Program-made: the position numbers and the translations under genes | Notes under the pieces: generated by a model | Databases searched by the model: none | The model's input: the letters and a program-made list of their open reading frames with translations, nothing else | What the model was told of the DNA's origin: nothing | Assembly: GCA_963703345.1 (NCBI GenBank) | Contig: OY969814.1 | Location: 1,472,001-1,536,000, forward strand | DNA: 64,000 nt | Reading direction: 5' to 3' | Source: an uncultured Chloroflexia bacterium | GTDB lineage: Bacteria; Chloroflexota; Dehalococcoidia; DSTF01; JALHUB01 | Shown: piece by piece, positions 38,740-53,663 of the stretch | How positions within the stretch are numbered: position 1 is the stretch's first letter | Layout of the letters: each line of letters starts with the position of its first letter

Positions 38740-38751
38740 GTCATCCTCCTC

Positions 38752-39795
38752 CTAACATATTCTCGGTAGCTGCTCCCCGCTCATAACGTCGACGATCCGT
38801 TCGCCGCCTATGCGCGTTCTCATGACGACCACGCCGCCGTTCTCAGCCACCGCCCGCCCGATGACCGCCGCTTCCCTGCCGCAAGGATGGCGCCGCAGCG
38901 CCTCGACCGCCCGCTTTCCCTCGCCTGCCGATACAAAAGCGAGGAAGTTGCCCTCATTCGCCACGTACAGCGGGTCCAGGCCGAGAATCTCACACACGCC
39001 CTGCACGCCTGGCCCAACGGCGATGCTCTCCTCCTCGATCACCACGCCCTTGCCGCTCTTCTTCGCGATCTCGTTCAGCGCCGACGACACGCCGCCGCGC
39101 GTCGGGTCGCGCAGCATGTGAATGTCGATCCCTTCGTTAGCCAGCGCTTCCACCATCGGAAACAGCGGCGCCGAGTCGCTCTCGATGGCAACGTCGAGGT
39201 CGAGCCCTTCGCGTAGAGCCATTATAGCGATTCCATGCCGCCCGAGCGAGCCGCTCAAGACGATCTCGTCGCCCGGCCGGACGCGTTGCGGCCCCACGTC
39301 AACGTCGGGAAGGACGGCGCCGATGCCCGCCGTGTTGATGAACAGGCCATCGCCCTTGCCGCGCTCGACCACCTTGCTGTCGCCGGTGACGATCTGGACG
39401 CCCGCCTCCCGCGCGGCCTCCTTTAGCGATACGACGACGCGCCAGAGGTCCGCCATCGGCAGGCCCTCCTCGATGATCAGGCCGCAGCTCAGGAACAGCG
39501 GCCGCGCGCCGCACATCGCCAAGTCGTTCGCCGTCCCGAAGACCGCCAGACTGCCGATGTCGCCGCCGGGGAAGAACAGCGGCTGCACGACGTAGGAGTC
39601 GGTCGAAAGCGCCAGCCGCTGCCCGCCGATGTCGAGCAGGGCGCCGTCGTGCAGCGGCGCCAGGTACGGGTTGTCGAAGGAAGGGAGGAGCACGCGCTCG
39701 ATGAGGTTTTGCGTTAGCCGGCCGCCGCCGCCGTGGGCCAGAAGGACGCGCGGGTACTCGTCGAGAGGCAGCGGGCATTCCGGGAAGAGAGTCAC
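38752..39795 (-). CDS. hypE: Hydrogenase maturation protein HypE
   Basis: [21 protein letters not shown] and C-terminal LPRIC. Confidence 0.95.
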   Translation of the reverse strand: MTLFPECPLPLDEYPRVLLAHGGGGRLTQNLIERVLLPSFDNPYLAPLHDGALLDIGGQRLALSTDSYVVQPLFFPGGDIGSLAVFGTANDLAMCGARPLFLSCGLIIEEGLPMADLWRVVVSLKEAAREAGVQIVTGDSKVVERGKGDGLFINTAGIGAVLPDVDVGPQRVRPGDEIVLSGSLGRHGIAIMALREGLDLDVAIESDSAPLFPMVEALANEGIDIHMLRDPTRGGVSSALNEIAKKSGKGVVIEEESIAVGPGVQGVCEILGLDPLYVANEGNFLAFVSAGEGKRAVEALRRHPCGREAAVIGRAVAENGGVVVMRTRIGGERIVDVMSGEQLPRIC

Positions 39796-40892
39796 CGGGG
39801 CGCTCCCTGACGTGCGTAGTGATAGTACGCGGCGCAGGCGCCCTCGGAGGAGACCATCGGCGCGCCCAGGCAGTGCTCCGGCGTGCACTCGACGCCGAAG
39901 GCCGGGCAATCCGCCGGCTTCCTGATCCCCTGGAGGACGAGGCCGGCAATGCAGACGGTCTCCGCTTGCGGCCGGGCCGTCACCGCGACGTCGAAGGCGC
40001 GCAGCGCGTCGAAGCGGGCGTAGCGCCCCTTCAGCCGCAGACCGCTCCTCGGGATGACGCCGATGCCGCGCCAGCCGTGGTCGACGACCTCGAACACGCT
40101 CTCCATCAACGCCAGCGCCTGCCCGTTGCCCTCCCGCTTCACCGAGCGCGCGTACTGGTTCTCGACCTCGCAGCGGCCCTCTTCGAGCTGGCGGACGAGC
40201 ATGTACGTCGCCTGCAGCAGGTCCAGCGGCTCGAAACCGCTGACGACCATGGGCATGCGGTATCTCCCCGCTAGCCGCTCGTACGCGACGTAGCCGGTCA
40301 CGGTGCAGACGTGCCCCGGCGCCAGGAATCCCTGGACGCGGTTCTCCGGCGATGACGCTATCGCTTCGAGGGCCGGCGGCACCAGGACGTGCGAAGTTAA
40401 CATAAAGAAGTTGTCGATGCCCTCGCGCTCCGCCACGACGACAGCCATGGCGTTCGCCGGCGCCGTCGTCTCGAAGCCGATGGCGAAGAAGACGACCTTT
40501 CGATCCGGGTGCTCGCGCGCCAGCTTGAGCGCGTCGAGCGACGAATAGACCATCCGCACGTCGCCGCCTTCGGCCTTGACGCTGAGCAGGTCCTTGACGT
40601 TGCCCGGCACCCGCAGCATGTCGCCGTAGGAGACCAGGGTGACGTCGGGACGCTCCGCCAGCGCAATCGCCTGGTCGATAATCTCGACCGGCGTGACGCA
40701 GACCGGACAGCCCGGCCCGTGGATGAGCGTGACCTCCGGCGGCAGCATCTGGTCGATGCCGTATTTGAGGAACGAGTGCGTCTGGCTGCCGCAGACCTCC
40801 ATGATGGTCCACGGGCGCGTCACGGCGGCGGCAATGGCGTCGAGCAGCCTGCGGGAGGCGTCGCCGTCGCGGTATTCATCGAGGTAGCGCAC
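39792..40892 (-). CDS. hypD: Hydrogenase maturation protein HypD
   Basis: MEVCG, GPGCPVC, GFETT and SSEGACAA motifs. Confidence 0.96.
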   Translation of the reverse strand: MRYLDEYRDGDASRRLLDAIAAAVTRPWTIMEVCGSQTHSFLKYGIDQMLPPEVTLIHGPGCPVCVTPVEIIDQAIALAERPDVTLVSYGDMLRVPGNVKDLLSVKAEGGDVRMVYSSLDALKLAREHPDRKVVFFAIGFETTAPANAMAVVVAEREGIDNFFMLTSHVLVPPALEAIASSPENRVQGFLAPGHVCTVTGYVAYERLAGRYRMPMVVSGFEPLDLLQATYMLVRQLEEGRCEVENQYARSVKREGNGQALALMESVFEVVDHGWRGIGVIPRSGLRLKGRYARFDALRAFDVAVTARPQAETVCIAGLVLQGIRKPADCPAFGVECTPEHCLGAPMVSSEGACAAYYHYARQGAPR

Positions 40893-41109
40893 TAGGGCCC
40901 TCCCAGCGTTCGCAACATCTCGAAGACGTTTCCCGCCTCCTCGGCGTCGACCCTGCTCAGGGCGAAGCCGACGTGAACGATCACGTAATCGCCGACCTGC
41001 GCGTCCGGCACGAGGTTGAGGTGAACGTCGCGCGTTGCGCCGCCGAAGCGCACCTTCGCCGTCCGCAGCTCCGACGCCTCGTCAATCGAAATGATCTCTC
41101 CCGGTATTC

Positions 41110-41119
<10 letters not shown>
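40892..41119 (-). CDS. hypC: Hydrogenase chaperone HypC
   Basis: MCLGIPG and [11 protein letters not shown] motifs. Confidence 0.96.
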
Positions 41120-43373
<2,254 letters not shown>

Positions 43374-43374
<1 letters not shown>

Positions 43375-43751
43375 CAGACTTCGAGCTCGATTCGCCTGAG
43401 GATGCAGTCCTGCCGGGCCTCGACCGTGACGTTGGCGGAGCCGCAGCGCGGGCATTGCAGCGGCGGCAGCGGCATATGGTGGTCGTGGTATTCCGGGACT
43501 GCGGGCTGACCGCGGAAGGCGCAATCGGGGCAGCTCAGCTCTGATTCGACGACGTCGATATTGATGGCGGCGTCCTTCGCGGGGCCGTTAGCAAGCGCCT
43601 GCCGCAGCCACATCCCCAGGCTGGCCGTGTCGAGAAAGGCGAGATCGCCCAGCTCCAACTCCACGGCGACCACGCGCTTGGCTTCGGCCCGCTCCGCTGC
43701 GCGCGTTACCTTCTCGGCGATCTCCCGGGCAATCATAATCTCGTGCGTCAA
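43374..43751 (-). CDS. hypA: Nickel metallochaperone HypA
   Basis: (M)THE..IA, CPDC and CPRCGS; TTG start after GAGGGG. Confidence 0.88.
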
Positions 43752-43864
43752 GACGAATGCCCCCTCATAGATTCGCACATCTATCTTAGCAAAGGGCGTT
43801 CCTTGGCGCAGTCGCCCACGCGCCCCTCACTGTCCGCCGCCCTGTCGGCGCGAACCCACACCCG

Positions 43865-43893
43865 TTGACTGCCCTTCCGGCCCGTGCTATAGT
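43865..43893 (+). promoter_or_regulatory. sigma-70 promoter of the infC operon
   Basis: TTGACT-N17-TATAGT with extended TG. Confidence 0.8.
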
Positions 43894-43945
43894 TTCAGAA
43901 CAAATTGGGTATGTTGCCGAAGAAGACGCTGAAGAGGTTACAGGC

Positions 43946-44512
43946 ATAGTTCGCGAACTCCGTATCAATGAGGCCATAAGGGCCCCAGAAGTACTCGTAA
44001 TCGGAGCGAACGGCGAAAAACTGGGCGTTATGCCTGTCGCCCGCGCGCTCGAGATCGCCCGCGAGCAGGACTCCGACCTGGTGGAGGTCGCCCCGAACGT
44101 GCGGCCCCCCGTCTGCCGCGTCCTCGACTACGGCAAGTTCAAGTACGAGCAGGCCCGGCGAGAGCGCGAAGCGCGCAAGCACCAGCGACAGGTCGTCACC
44201 CGCCAGGTGCGCTTCCGGCCCAAGATCACGCCGCACGATATGGAACTGAAGGCGCGCGTGACCGAGAAGCTCCTGAAAGAGGGCGACAAGGTCAAGGTAT
44301 CGGTGATGTTTCGCGGTCGGGAGGTCACCTACCCGGAGCTGGGCAGGAACCTTCTCGATCAGATTTATGAGCACGTCAGGGAGATAGCCGCTCTCGAGAA
44401 GCCGGCCTCCCTTGAGGGGCGCTTCATGACGATGATCCTGGCGCCGGTTGCTTTCAAGCAGCCCAAGCCGCACGAAAACCATCCGCCCACGGAGGCGGTC
44501 GCGGAGCAGTAG
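43946..44512 (+). CDS. infC: Translation initiation factor IF-3 (ATA start inferred)
   Basis: RINE.IR, DLVEVAP, PPVC, DYGKFKYE and FRGRE motifs. Confidence 0.93.
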   Translation: MVRELRINEAIRAPEVLVIGANGEKLGVMPVARALEIAREQDSDLVEVAPNVRPPVCRVLDYGKFKYEQARREREARKHQRQVVTRQVRFRPKITPHDMELKARVTEKLLKEGDKVKVSVMFRGREVTYPELGRNLLDQIYEHVREIAALEKPASLEGRFMTMILAPVAFKQPKPHENHPPTEAVAEQ

Positions 44513-44513
44513 A

Positions 44514-44714
44514 TTGCCGAAGATGAAGACGCACAAGGGCGCCAAACGACGCTTCCACATAACCGGAACCGGCAAGATCATGCGCCGCAAGGGCAACATC
44601 AGCCACTTCCGCCGTCGCAAGGCCAACCGCAGCAAGGGCGACATCAGCGGCAAGCTGCCCGTCGCTAACGCCTTCAAGAAGACTATGCGCAAGCTCCTGC
44701 CCTACGGGAGATAG
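44514..44714 (+). CDS. rpmI: 50S ribosomal protein L35
   Basis: MPKMKTHKGAKRRF. Confidence 0.95.
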   Translation: MPKMKTHKGAKRRFHITGTGKIMRRKGNISHFRRRKANRSKGDISGKLPVANAFKKTMRKLLPYGR

Positions 44715-44732
44715 CGCGGAAGAGGATAGGCT

Positions 44733-45095
44733 GTGACCAGAGTCAAGCGGGGCGTCACCGCCCACCACCGGCACAAGAAGATAATCTCGATGGCCCAGGG
44801 CCACCGCGGCCAGCGCCATCGCATCTTCCGTCGCGCCAACGAGTCCGTCCTCCACGCCCTCGACTACGCCTACCGCGACCGTCGCGACCGCAAGGGCCAG
44901 TTCCGACGCCTCTGGATCCAGCGCATCAACGCCGCTGCGCGGGCGGAAGGCATCACCTACGGCCGCTTCATCGAAGGCTTGAGCAAGGCCGGTGTCGAAG
45001 TGGACCGCAAGATGCTCGCCGACCTGGCCGTCCGCGACGCCCCCGTCTTCGCCGCCCTCGTCGGCACCGCCAAGAGCGCCCTCGCCGCTTCTTAG
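44733..45095 (+). CDS. rplT: 50S ribosomal protein L20
   Basis: MTRVKRGV and [12 protein letters not shown] motifs. Confidence 0.97.
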   Translation: MTRVKRGVTAHHRHKKIISMAQGHRGQRHRIFRRANESVLHALDYAYRDRRDRKGQFRRLWIQRINAAARAEGITYGRFIEGLSKAGVEVDRKMLADLAVRDAPVFAALVGTAKSALAAS

Positions 45096-45127
45096 CGCTC
45101 CGCTCCCCGCGACCTCAGACAAAACTG

Positions 45128-45160
45128 GGCCCCAGCTTTCAGGCTGGGGTCTCGTTCTCT
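45128..45160 (+). terminator. Hairpin between convergent rplT and pheT
   Basis: GGCCCCAGC-tttcag-GCTGGGGTC. Confidence 0.55.
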
Positions 45161-45186
45161 CCTAAACCGAAGGGCTAGGGGTCGGC

Positions 45187-47586
45187 TCAACTTCGCAGCG
45201 ACGCGCCGACCTCGTGCTTCAGCCGCTCCACAATCCCCCGCTGCGCCCGCGCTACCTCCTCGTCGGTCAGCGTGTGCTCCGACGACTGGTACGTAATCGA
45301 GAACGCCAGCGATTTCTTTCCCGCGCCTACCTGCTCGCCCGTGTAGTAGTCGAACAGGCGCACCTCCCGCACCATCGGCGCCTTCCGGATGATCGAGGCG
45401 ATGCGCTGTGCCGGCACGTCCTCGCTCACGATCAGCGCGATGTCCTGCACCACCGGCGGGAAGCGCGGCACAGCCTCGTAGCGACGCGGCCCGGCGACGG
45501 ACGGCAGTAGCCTGTCGAGCACGACCTCAAACACATACGCCTCGCCCTCGACGTCGAAGCCGGCGGCAACGCGCGGCTCCACCTGGCCGATGATCGCGAC
45601 CCGCTCTCCCTGCACGCGCACCTCGCCCGATCGTCCGCGGCTCATGCCGAAGACGTCCGTCTCCACGAACTCCGCCTCGATGCCCAGCCCGCCGAGCAGC
45701 GCCTCCAGGTAGCCCTTGGCATCGTAGAAGTCCACCGACTCCGCCGCCGGATGGCCCCAGCGGTCCTCGCGCCGCCCGCCGATCGCTGCTGTCAGGTGCT
45801 CCTCCTCCAGCGGCAGCTCCGGCCCCCGGGGGAGGTAGACGCGCGCCGCTTCAAAGAGGGCCATCTCACCCTTGTCGTAGCGCAGGTTGCCCGCCAGGCT
45901 TTGGAGCAGGCTCGCCCGCAGCGTCGTTCGGAGGTACTCGTGCTGGCTGCTTAGGCTGTTGACGACCCGCAACGGCGGCTGCTCGGCGAGAAGCTCCGGC
46001 GGCACGACCTGTTGGAGCGAGTCCAGCGTAGTCAGCGAGTAGTTGATGACCTCCTGCATGCCGGATGCGGCAGCCAGGTCGCGGGCGCGCTCCCGCAGCT
46101 CCCGCAGCGGCTGCGGAATGAACGACGGCACTTCGCCGCGGAGGTTCGTCATCGGCAGCTCATCGTAGCCGACCATGCGCGCCACTTCCTCCGCCACGTC
46201 GTCGGCGATGCGCGCGTCCATGCGCCAGTACGGCACGTCGACGACGTAGTCGCCGTCGCCGGCGCGGCAGCCGAACTGCAACCCTTCGAGGACGCCACAC
46301 ACTTTGTCGGGCGACAGGTCGAGCCCGAGGATCATCTGCAGGCGCTTCCGCGGCACCCGAATCGCGACCGGTCCCGCCTTCCGCGGGTAGGCGTCGACGA
46401 CGCCGGAGGCTGCGCGCCCGCCGGCCAGCTCCACCATTAGCTTCGTCGCGCGCCTGGCAGCAACTATCGATAGCTCTGGGCTCAGCCCCTTCTCGAACCG
46501 GCTCGACGCCTCACTGCGCGCCTTCAGCCGGACGCTGGTGTGCCGGATGCTCGCCGCGTTGAAGTTCGCTGACTCCAGCAGCACAGTGCGCGTATCGTCT
46601 CCCACCTCGCTGTTGGCGCCGCCCATCACGCCCGCCAGTGCGACGGCCCCCTGGGCGTCGGCGATGACGAGCATGTCCGGCGAAAGCTCATGGTCGACGC
46701 CGTCGAGCGTCCTCAACTTCTCATCGGCGCGCGCCCGGCGCACGATGATCTTGCCGCCGCGCAGGAGGCTGAAGTCGAACGCGTGCAACGGCTGGCCGAG
46801 CTCCAGCATGACATAATTCGTGATGTCGACGATGTTGCTGATCGGCCGCATGCCCGCCGCGATGAGCCGCTCCTGCATCCAGGGCGGCGATTGACCCAGC
46901 CGCACGTCCTCCACCAGCGTCGCGACATAGCGCGAGCAGAGGTCATCGTCCGCTATCTCCACGCTCACCCGCTCGCCGATGGGGCCGCCCGCCTCGTCGT
47001 AGGAGCCGTTCGGGTAGCGGACGGTCTTTCCCGTCAGCGCCGCCACCTCGCGCGCAATGCCCACCATCGACAGGCAGTCGCCGCGGTTCGGCGTCACCGC
47101 GATGTCGAAGATGGTGTCGCCCATATACTGCTGGAGGGGCATGCCGACCGGCGCGTCCGCGTCCAGCTCCAGAATGCCGACGTGCTCGTCGGAGATGCCC
47201 AGCTCGCGCTCCGAGAGCACCATTCCCGCCGACTCGACGCCGCGGATCGTCGCCGGCGTCAGCGTGACAGCTTCGCGCGTCTGCGGGTTCGTGATGTGGG
47301 CGCCGACGCGTCCGAAGGCGATCTTCTGCCCCGCCGCGACGTTCGGCGCGCCGCAGACGACCGTTATCTGCTCGCCGCCGAGGTCGACGGTCGCCAGCTT
47401 GAGGCGGTCCGCGTTGGGATGCGGCTCGACTTTGACGACGAGCCCGACGGAGATGCCCTCCCAATCGCCGCCCGTGCTCTCGATGCGGTCGACGCCGAGG
47501 CCGGCCATCGTCAGACGGTGGGCCAGCTCCTTCGGCGGCAAATCGATATCGACGTAGTCGCTCAGCCAGCGGAACGATACTCTCAT
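45187..47586 (-). CDS. pheT: Phenylalanyl-tRNA synthetase beta subunit
   Basis: HPNADRL, VCGAPN, TPNRGDC, VDITNYVM and KKSLA motifs. Confidence 0.96.
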   Translation of the reverse strand: MRVSFRWLSDYVDIDLPPKELAHRLTMAGLGVDRIESTGGDWEGISVGLVVKVEPHPNADRLKLATVDLGGEQITVVCGAPNVAAGQKIAFGRVGAHITNPQTREAVTLTPATIRGVESAGMVLSERELGISDEHVGILELDADAPVGMPLQQYMGDTIFDIAVTPNRGDCLSMVGIAREVAALTGKTVRYPNGSYDEAGGPIGERVSVEIADDDLCSRYVATLVEDVRLGQSPPWMQERLIAAGMRPISNIVDITNYVMLELGQPLHAFDFSLLRGGKIIVRRARADEKLRTLDGVDHELSPDMLVIADAQGAVALAGVMGGANSEVGDDTRTVLLESANFNAASIRHTSVRLKARSEASSRFEKGLSPELSIVAARRATKLMVELAGGRAASGVVDAYPRKAGPVAIRVPRKRLQMILGLDLSPDKVCGVLEGLQFGCRAGDGDYVVDVPYWRMDARIADDVAEEVARMVGYDELPMTNLRGEVPSFIPQPLRELRERARDLAAASGMQEVINYSLTTLDSLQQVVPPELLAEQPPLRVVNSLSSQHEYLRTTLRASLLQSLAGNLRYDKGEMALFEAARVYLPRGPELPLEEEHLTAAIGGRREDRWGHPAAESVDFYDAKGYLEALLGGLGIEAEFVETDVFGMSRGRSGEVRVQGERVAIIGQVEPRVAAGFDVEGEAYVFEVVLDRLLPSVAGPRRYEAVPRFPPVVQDIALIVSEDVPAQRIASIIRKAPMVREVRLFDYYTGEQVGAGKKSLAFSITYQSSEHTLTDEEVARAQRGIVERLKHEVGASLRS

Positions 47587-47593
47587 TCCGGCC

Positions 47594-48643
47594 TCAGAAC
47601 TGCTTCAAGAAACGCAGGTCGTTCGCGTAGAACAGCCGTATGTCTTCGATGCCGTGCCGCAGCATGCAGATCCGCTCGATCCCCATGCCGGCGGCGAAAC
47701 CGGTGTAGCGGTCGGCGTCGTAGCCCATGTTCGACAGGATCTCCGGGTGTACCATGCCGGAGCCCAGTATCTCGATCCAGCCTTCGCCGCCGCACGTCCG
47801 GCAGCCGCCGCCGCCGCAGATCATGCAGTCGATGGCCATCTCCGCGCCCGGCTCGACGAACGGGAAGTAGTCGCAGCGAAAGCGTACCTTGCGCTCCTGG
47901 CCGAAGAGTCGCTTGGCGAACTCGAACAGCGTGCCCTTCAGGTCCGACATGCTGATCCCCTCGTCGACCGCCAGCACTTCGACCTGCGTCTGCATCCACT
48001 CGTGCGTAGGGTCCGTCGCCTCGTTGCGATAGCAGCGACCCGGCGAGACGATGCGGATCGGCGGGCGCGTCTTCTCCATCACCCGCACCTGGTTCGGCGA
48101 CGTGTGCGTGCGCATAACCACGTCGTACTCGCCGTCGTGCGGGATATCGACGTAGAGCGTGTCCATCGTGTCGCGGGCGGGATGGTCCTTGGGGATGCGC
48201 AGCGCCTCGAAGTTGTAGTAGTCGGACTCCACCTCCGGCCCTTCGACGACCGAGAAGCCCATCGAGACGAAGGCGGCAAGAACGTCGCGCAACGTCTGCG
48301 TTACCGGGTGCAGGCCGCCGATCTTCTTCGGGCGACCCGGCAGCGTCACGTCCAGGCGGCCCGCAGTCGTCGCTTCCAGCCGCTCCGCCTCGACCTCCGC
48401 GCGTCTTGCCTCCAGCGCCTCCTCCAGCGCCTGCTTGAGCCGGTTGGCGACCGCGCCGGCGTTACGTCGTTCCTCGGCGGGAAGTTCGATGAGTCCGCGT
48501 AGCAGACCCGTCAGGCGCCCCTTGCGCCCGAGAAACGTCACGCGCCACGCCTCCAGCGACGCCTCGTCACCGGCGGCGGCAAGAGCGCTGCGGGCCTGCT
48601 CTTCGACCTGTTTCAGCTCATCGATCATGGCAGTCAAGGGCAT
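47594..48643 (-). CDS. pheS: Phenylalanyl-tRNA synthetase alpha subunit
   Basis: HPARD, RTHTSP, YFPFVEP and G.GMVHP motifs. Confidence 0.96.
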   Translation of the reverse strand: MPLTAMIDELKQVEEQARSALAAAGDEASLEAWRVTFLGRKGRLTGLLRGLIELPAEERRNAGAVANRLKQALEEALEARRAEVEAERLEATTAGRLDVTLPGRPKKIGGLHPVTQTLRDVLAAFVSMGFSVVEGPEVESDYYNFEALRIPKDHPARDTMDTLYVDIPHDGEYDVVMRTHTSPNQVRVMEKTRPPIRIVSPGRCYRNEATDPTHEWMQTQVEVLAVDEGISMSDLKGTLFEFAKRLFGQERKVRFRCDYFPFVEPGAEMAIDCMICGGGGCRTCGGEGWIEILGSGMVHPEILSNMGYDADRYTGFAAGMGIERICMLRHGIEDIRLFYANDLRFLKQF

Positions 48644-48808
48644 GCCTCCACCTACCTGAGGAGAATTGGCGAAATGCCGGGGTGGAAGCTGCGCGCTATC
48701 GAGGCTATTATGAAGACGCGTATTTGCTGGGTCAACAGCCGATACTTCAGGGGCGAAGCTGGCTAGGCGTGGCCTTTAGGACCGGCGCATTGTAAGATCG
48801 ATGTGCAA

Positions 48809-48885
<77 letters not shown>

Positions 48886-48902
48886 GTGAAGGATCGCTGG
48901 TC

Positions 48903-48987
48903 GGGGAAGTGTCGGAACTGGCAGACGAGCATGATTTAGGATCATGTGCCGAAAGGCGTAGGGGTTCGAGTCCCCTCTTCCCCACCA
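48903..48987 (+). tRNA. tRNA-Leu(TAG)
   Basis: GGGGAAG..CATGA-TTTAGGA-TCATG, long variable arm, CTTCCCC-A-CCA. Confidence 0.96.
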
Positions 48988-49081
48988 GATTAGCGACAGG
49001 ACCGGGCCTCCAGTGGCGCACGATGCCGCCGGCTCCGCCCGCACGGCAGGCATCAGGTAGCGAGGGACGAAGAGACCTCCA

Positions 49082-50071
49082 ATGGCAACTCTGCTGGAGG
49101 TGAAAAACCTAAGAACGCACTTCTTCACCGACGACGGCATCGTCAAGGCGGTGGACGGCGTCAGCTACGACCTGGACGAGGGCGAGACCATCGGCCTGGT
49201 CGGCGAAAGCGGCTGCGGCAAGAGCGTCAGCGCCCTCTCCCTCCTGCGACTCATCCCAACGCCGCCCGGCCGCATCCTCGACGGCGAGGTCTGGTTCGAA
49301 GGCAGGGACCTCCTGAAGCTCAGCGAAAACGAGATCCGCCACGTCCGCGGCAATCGCATCGCTATGATCTTCCAGGAGCCGATGACCTCCCTCAATCCCG
49401 TCCTCACCATCGGCCGCCAGATTACCGAGACGCTGGAGCTCCACATGCACATGGACGGGTCCAGCGCGACCCGGCGCGCCGTCGAGCTGCTGGAGATGGT
49501 CGGAATTCCGTCCGCCGCCTCGCGTATCAAGGACTACCCGCACCAGTTCTCCGGCGGCATGCGACAGCGCGTCATGATCGCTATGGCGCTCTCCTGCAAC
49601 CCCAGGCTCCTCCTCGCCGATGAGCCAACGACGGCGCTGGACGTGACCATCCAGGCGCAGATCCTGGAGATACTTGCCAGCCTGAGCCGGGACTTCGGGA
49701 CGGCCGTCATCATCATCACCCACAACCTGGGCGTGATTGCCCGCTATGCCAGCCGCGTGAACGTCATGTACGCTGGCAAGATCGTCGAGTCCTCCACCTC
49801 GCGCGAGGTCTACGGCAATCCCAGGCATCCCTACACGCTGGGGCTGCTGAAATCGGTGCCGCGGCTCGACCAGGCGCGACGGAGCAAGCTGAATCCCATC
49901 GAGGGCTTTCCGCCCGACCTTGTGCACATGCCGTCGGGCTGCAGCTTCTACCCGCGCTGCGGCTATCGCGACGAGAGGTGCCGCGCCGAAGAGCCACCGC
50001 TTATGCTCGTTGGCGAGAAGCACTACTCGGCCTGCTGGCACGCCGCTGAAGTCGAAAAGGCCGCGGTATGA
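49082..50071 (+). CDS. oppD: Oligopeptide ABC transporter ATPase
   Basis: [19 protein letters not shown] and SGGMRQR motifs. Confidence 0.9.
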   Translation: MATLLEVKNLRTHFFTDDGIVKAVDGVSYDLDEGETIGLVGESGCGKSVSALSLLRLIPTPPGRILDGEVWFEGRDLLKLSENEIRHVRGNRIAMIFQEPMTSLNPVLTIGRQITETLELHMHMDGSSATRRAVELLEMVGIPSAASRIKDYPHQFSGGMRQRVMIAMALSCNPRLLLADEPTTALDVTIQAQILEILASLSRDFGTAVIIITHNLGVIARYASRVNVMYAGKIVESSTSREVYGNPRHPYTLGLLKSVPRLDQARRSKLNPIEGFPPDLVHMPSGCSFYPRCGYRDERCRAEEPPLMLVGEKHYSACWHAAEVEKAAV

Positions 50072-51090
50072 CGACTGAGCCTGACACCATCGTCGACAGC
50101 GCAGCGACGAGGAGCAGCGACGAAGTCCTCATCGACGTTCGCGGCCTGAAGATGTATTTCCCCGTTACCGCGGGTATCATCTTTCAGCGCAAGATCGCCG
50201 ACGTTAAAGCGGTCGACGGCATCACCTTCTCCATCCAACGAGGCGAAACGCTGGGGCTCGTCGGCGAGAGCGGCTGCGGCAAGACGACGGCCGGCCGCGC
50301 CATCCTTCAGCTCTACCGGCCTACCGCCGGCCAGGTGCTCTTCGACGGACGCGACCTCTGCTGCATCAAGGGGAACGAGCTTCGCCTCGTCCGGCGCAAG
50401 ATGCAGATGATTTTCCAGGACCCCTATGCGTCCCTGAATCCCCGTATGAGCGTCGGCAGCATCATCGGCGAGCCGCTGGCGATCCACAAGCTCGCCTCCG
50501 GCAAGCGGCGCCGCGAGCGCGTCCAGGAGCTGATGCGCATCGTCGGCCTGAACCCGTATTACGCCAACCGCTATCCGCACGAGTTCAGCGGCGGCCAGCG
50601 ACAGCGCATCGGCGTGGCGCGGGCGCTCGCCGTTGAGCCCGACTTCATCGTTTGCGACGAGCCGGTGTCCGCGCTGGACGTCTCCATCCAGGCGCAGATC
50701 ATCAACCTGCTGCAGGACCTCCAGGAGCGGTTCCGCCTGACGTACCTCTTCATCGCTCACGACCTCTCCGTCGTGCGGCACATAAGCGACCGCGTGGCGG
50801 TCATGTACCTGGGAAAGCTGATGGAGATGGCGGACCGGCTGGAGCTGTATGAGAACCCGCTGCACCCCTACACGAAAGCGCTGCTGTCCGCGGTGCCGAT
50901 TCCGGACCCGAAGATAGAGGCGACGCGGGAGCGGATCATCCTCCACGGCGACGTCCCGAGCCCGATGTTCCCGCCGCCCGGTTGCGTCTTTCACACCCGC
51001 TGCCCGATTGCCGTCGGCGAGTGCAGCGAGCACGTCCCGGAATGGCGCGAAAAGTCGCCTGGCCACCGGGTCGCCTGCTGGCGTGTCTAG
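50068..51090 (+). CDS. oppF: Oligopeptide ABC transporter ATPase
   Basis: [19 protein letters not shown] and SGGQRQR motifs. Confidence 0.9.
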   Translation: MTTEPDTIVDSAATRSSDEVLIDVRGLKMYFPVTAGIIFQRKIADVKAVDGITFSIQRGETLGLVGESGCGKTTAGRAILQLYRPTAGQVLFDGRDLCCIKGNELRLVRRKMQMIFQDPYASLNPRMSVGSIIGEPLAIHKLASGKRRRERVQELMRIVGLNPYYANRYPHEFSGGQRQRIGVARALAVEPDFIVCDEPVSALDVSIQAQIINLLQDLQERFRLTYLFIAHDLSVVRHISDRVAVMYLGKLMEMADRLELYENPLHPYTKALLSAVPIPDPKIEATRERIILHGDVPSPMFPPPGCVFHTRCPIAVGECSEHVPEWREKSPGHRVACWRV

Positions 51091-51653
51091 GCGCTCCCGC
51101 AGGACCGAATATCGCCCTCCGTCGCTCGGTTCGCCTCTTCTGTCGGAGGTACTGTCTCTTCGACGAGTGCCTTGCGCATGAAGGTCACGTCGAACGGCAG
51201 CGCAGCGAACGAGGCGACGCGCGTGACCTCGAACCCCTGCCGCTCGTACCACCGCCGCAGCTCCGTCTGCGCGGCAATCGTCCCGATCTCGATGGCCCGC
51301 AAGCGGAGCCCGCGCGCTCTCGCGACGACGTGGTTCACCAGCGCCTCGCCGAAGCCGTTGCGACGGAGCGCCGGCAGCACCGCCAGCCGTTCCAGGTAGC
51401 ACACGTCGTCGCTGACGCGTTCCAGCGCGACGCAGCCTGCCGGGCCCTTCGCGGTCTGGAGTATGTAGTACTTGACGCCCTTGGCGAAGGCGGCCGTGAT
51501 CCACTCAGGCTGGCAGTTCGATGGGTGCGTCGGGCAGTTCTCCGGTGTCAGGCCGAAACGCTGAGCGACGTCGGCGAACGCCCCGCGGATGAGCGACGCC
51601 AGCAGCTCAGCGTCGTCTTCCGATGCGTCGGTTATCACCTGGTCTACAGCCAT
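51087..51653 (-). CDS. GNAT acetyltransferase
   Basis: [12 protein letters not shown] and WY...GF motifs. Confidence 0.85.
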   Translation of the reverse strand: MAVDQVITDASEDDAELLASLIRGAFADVAQRFGLTPENCPTHPSNCQPEWITAAFAKGVKYYILQTAKGPAGCVALERVSDDVCYLERLAVLPALRRNGFGEALVNHVVARARGLRLRAIEIGTIAAQTELRRWYERQGFEVTRVASFAALPFDVTFMRKALVEETVPPTEEANRATEGDIRSCGSA

Positions 51654-51718
51654 GCAGCACCTCTACCCCCTTCCGCCAAATTGAACGCGCTGATCCCCTA
51701 TGCTACCATCGATTTGCC

Positions 51719-53548
<1,830 letters not shown>

Positions 53549-53663
53549 GGAGGGCCTGCCCGAACGGAGGGACTTTGGTCCTCCCGTGTCGAGAAGCGCT
53601 TCTGCGGGATGATGAATCCCGCAGCCTTCCCGGAAAGACGGTTGTTGGCAAAGGCTGAGGGTT

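Noticed and set aside
38752-40812. 686-aa ORF suggesting an extended or fused HypE
   Set aside because: The N-terminal part is an alternate frame of hypD; HypE starts at GTG39795
48645-48740. T-box leader before pheS
   Set aside because: The leader after TTGACC-N17-CATAAT is too short and lacks the T-box motif
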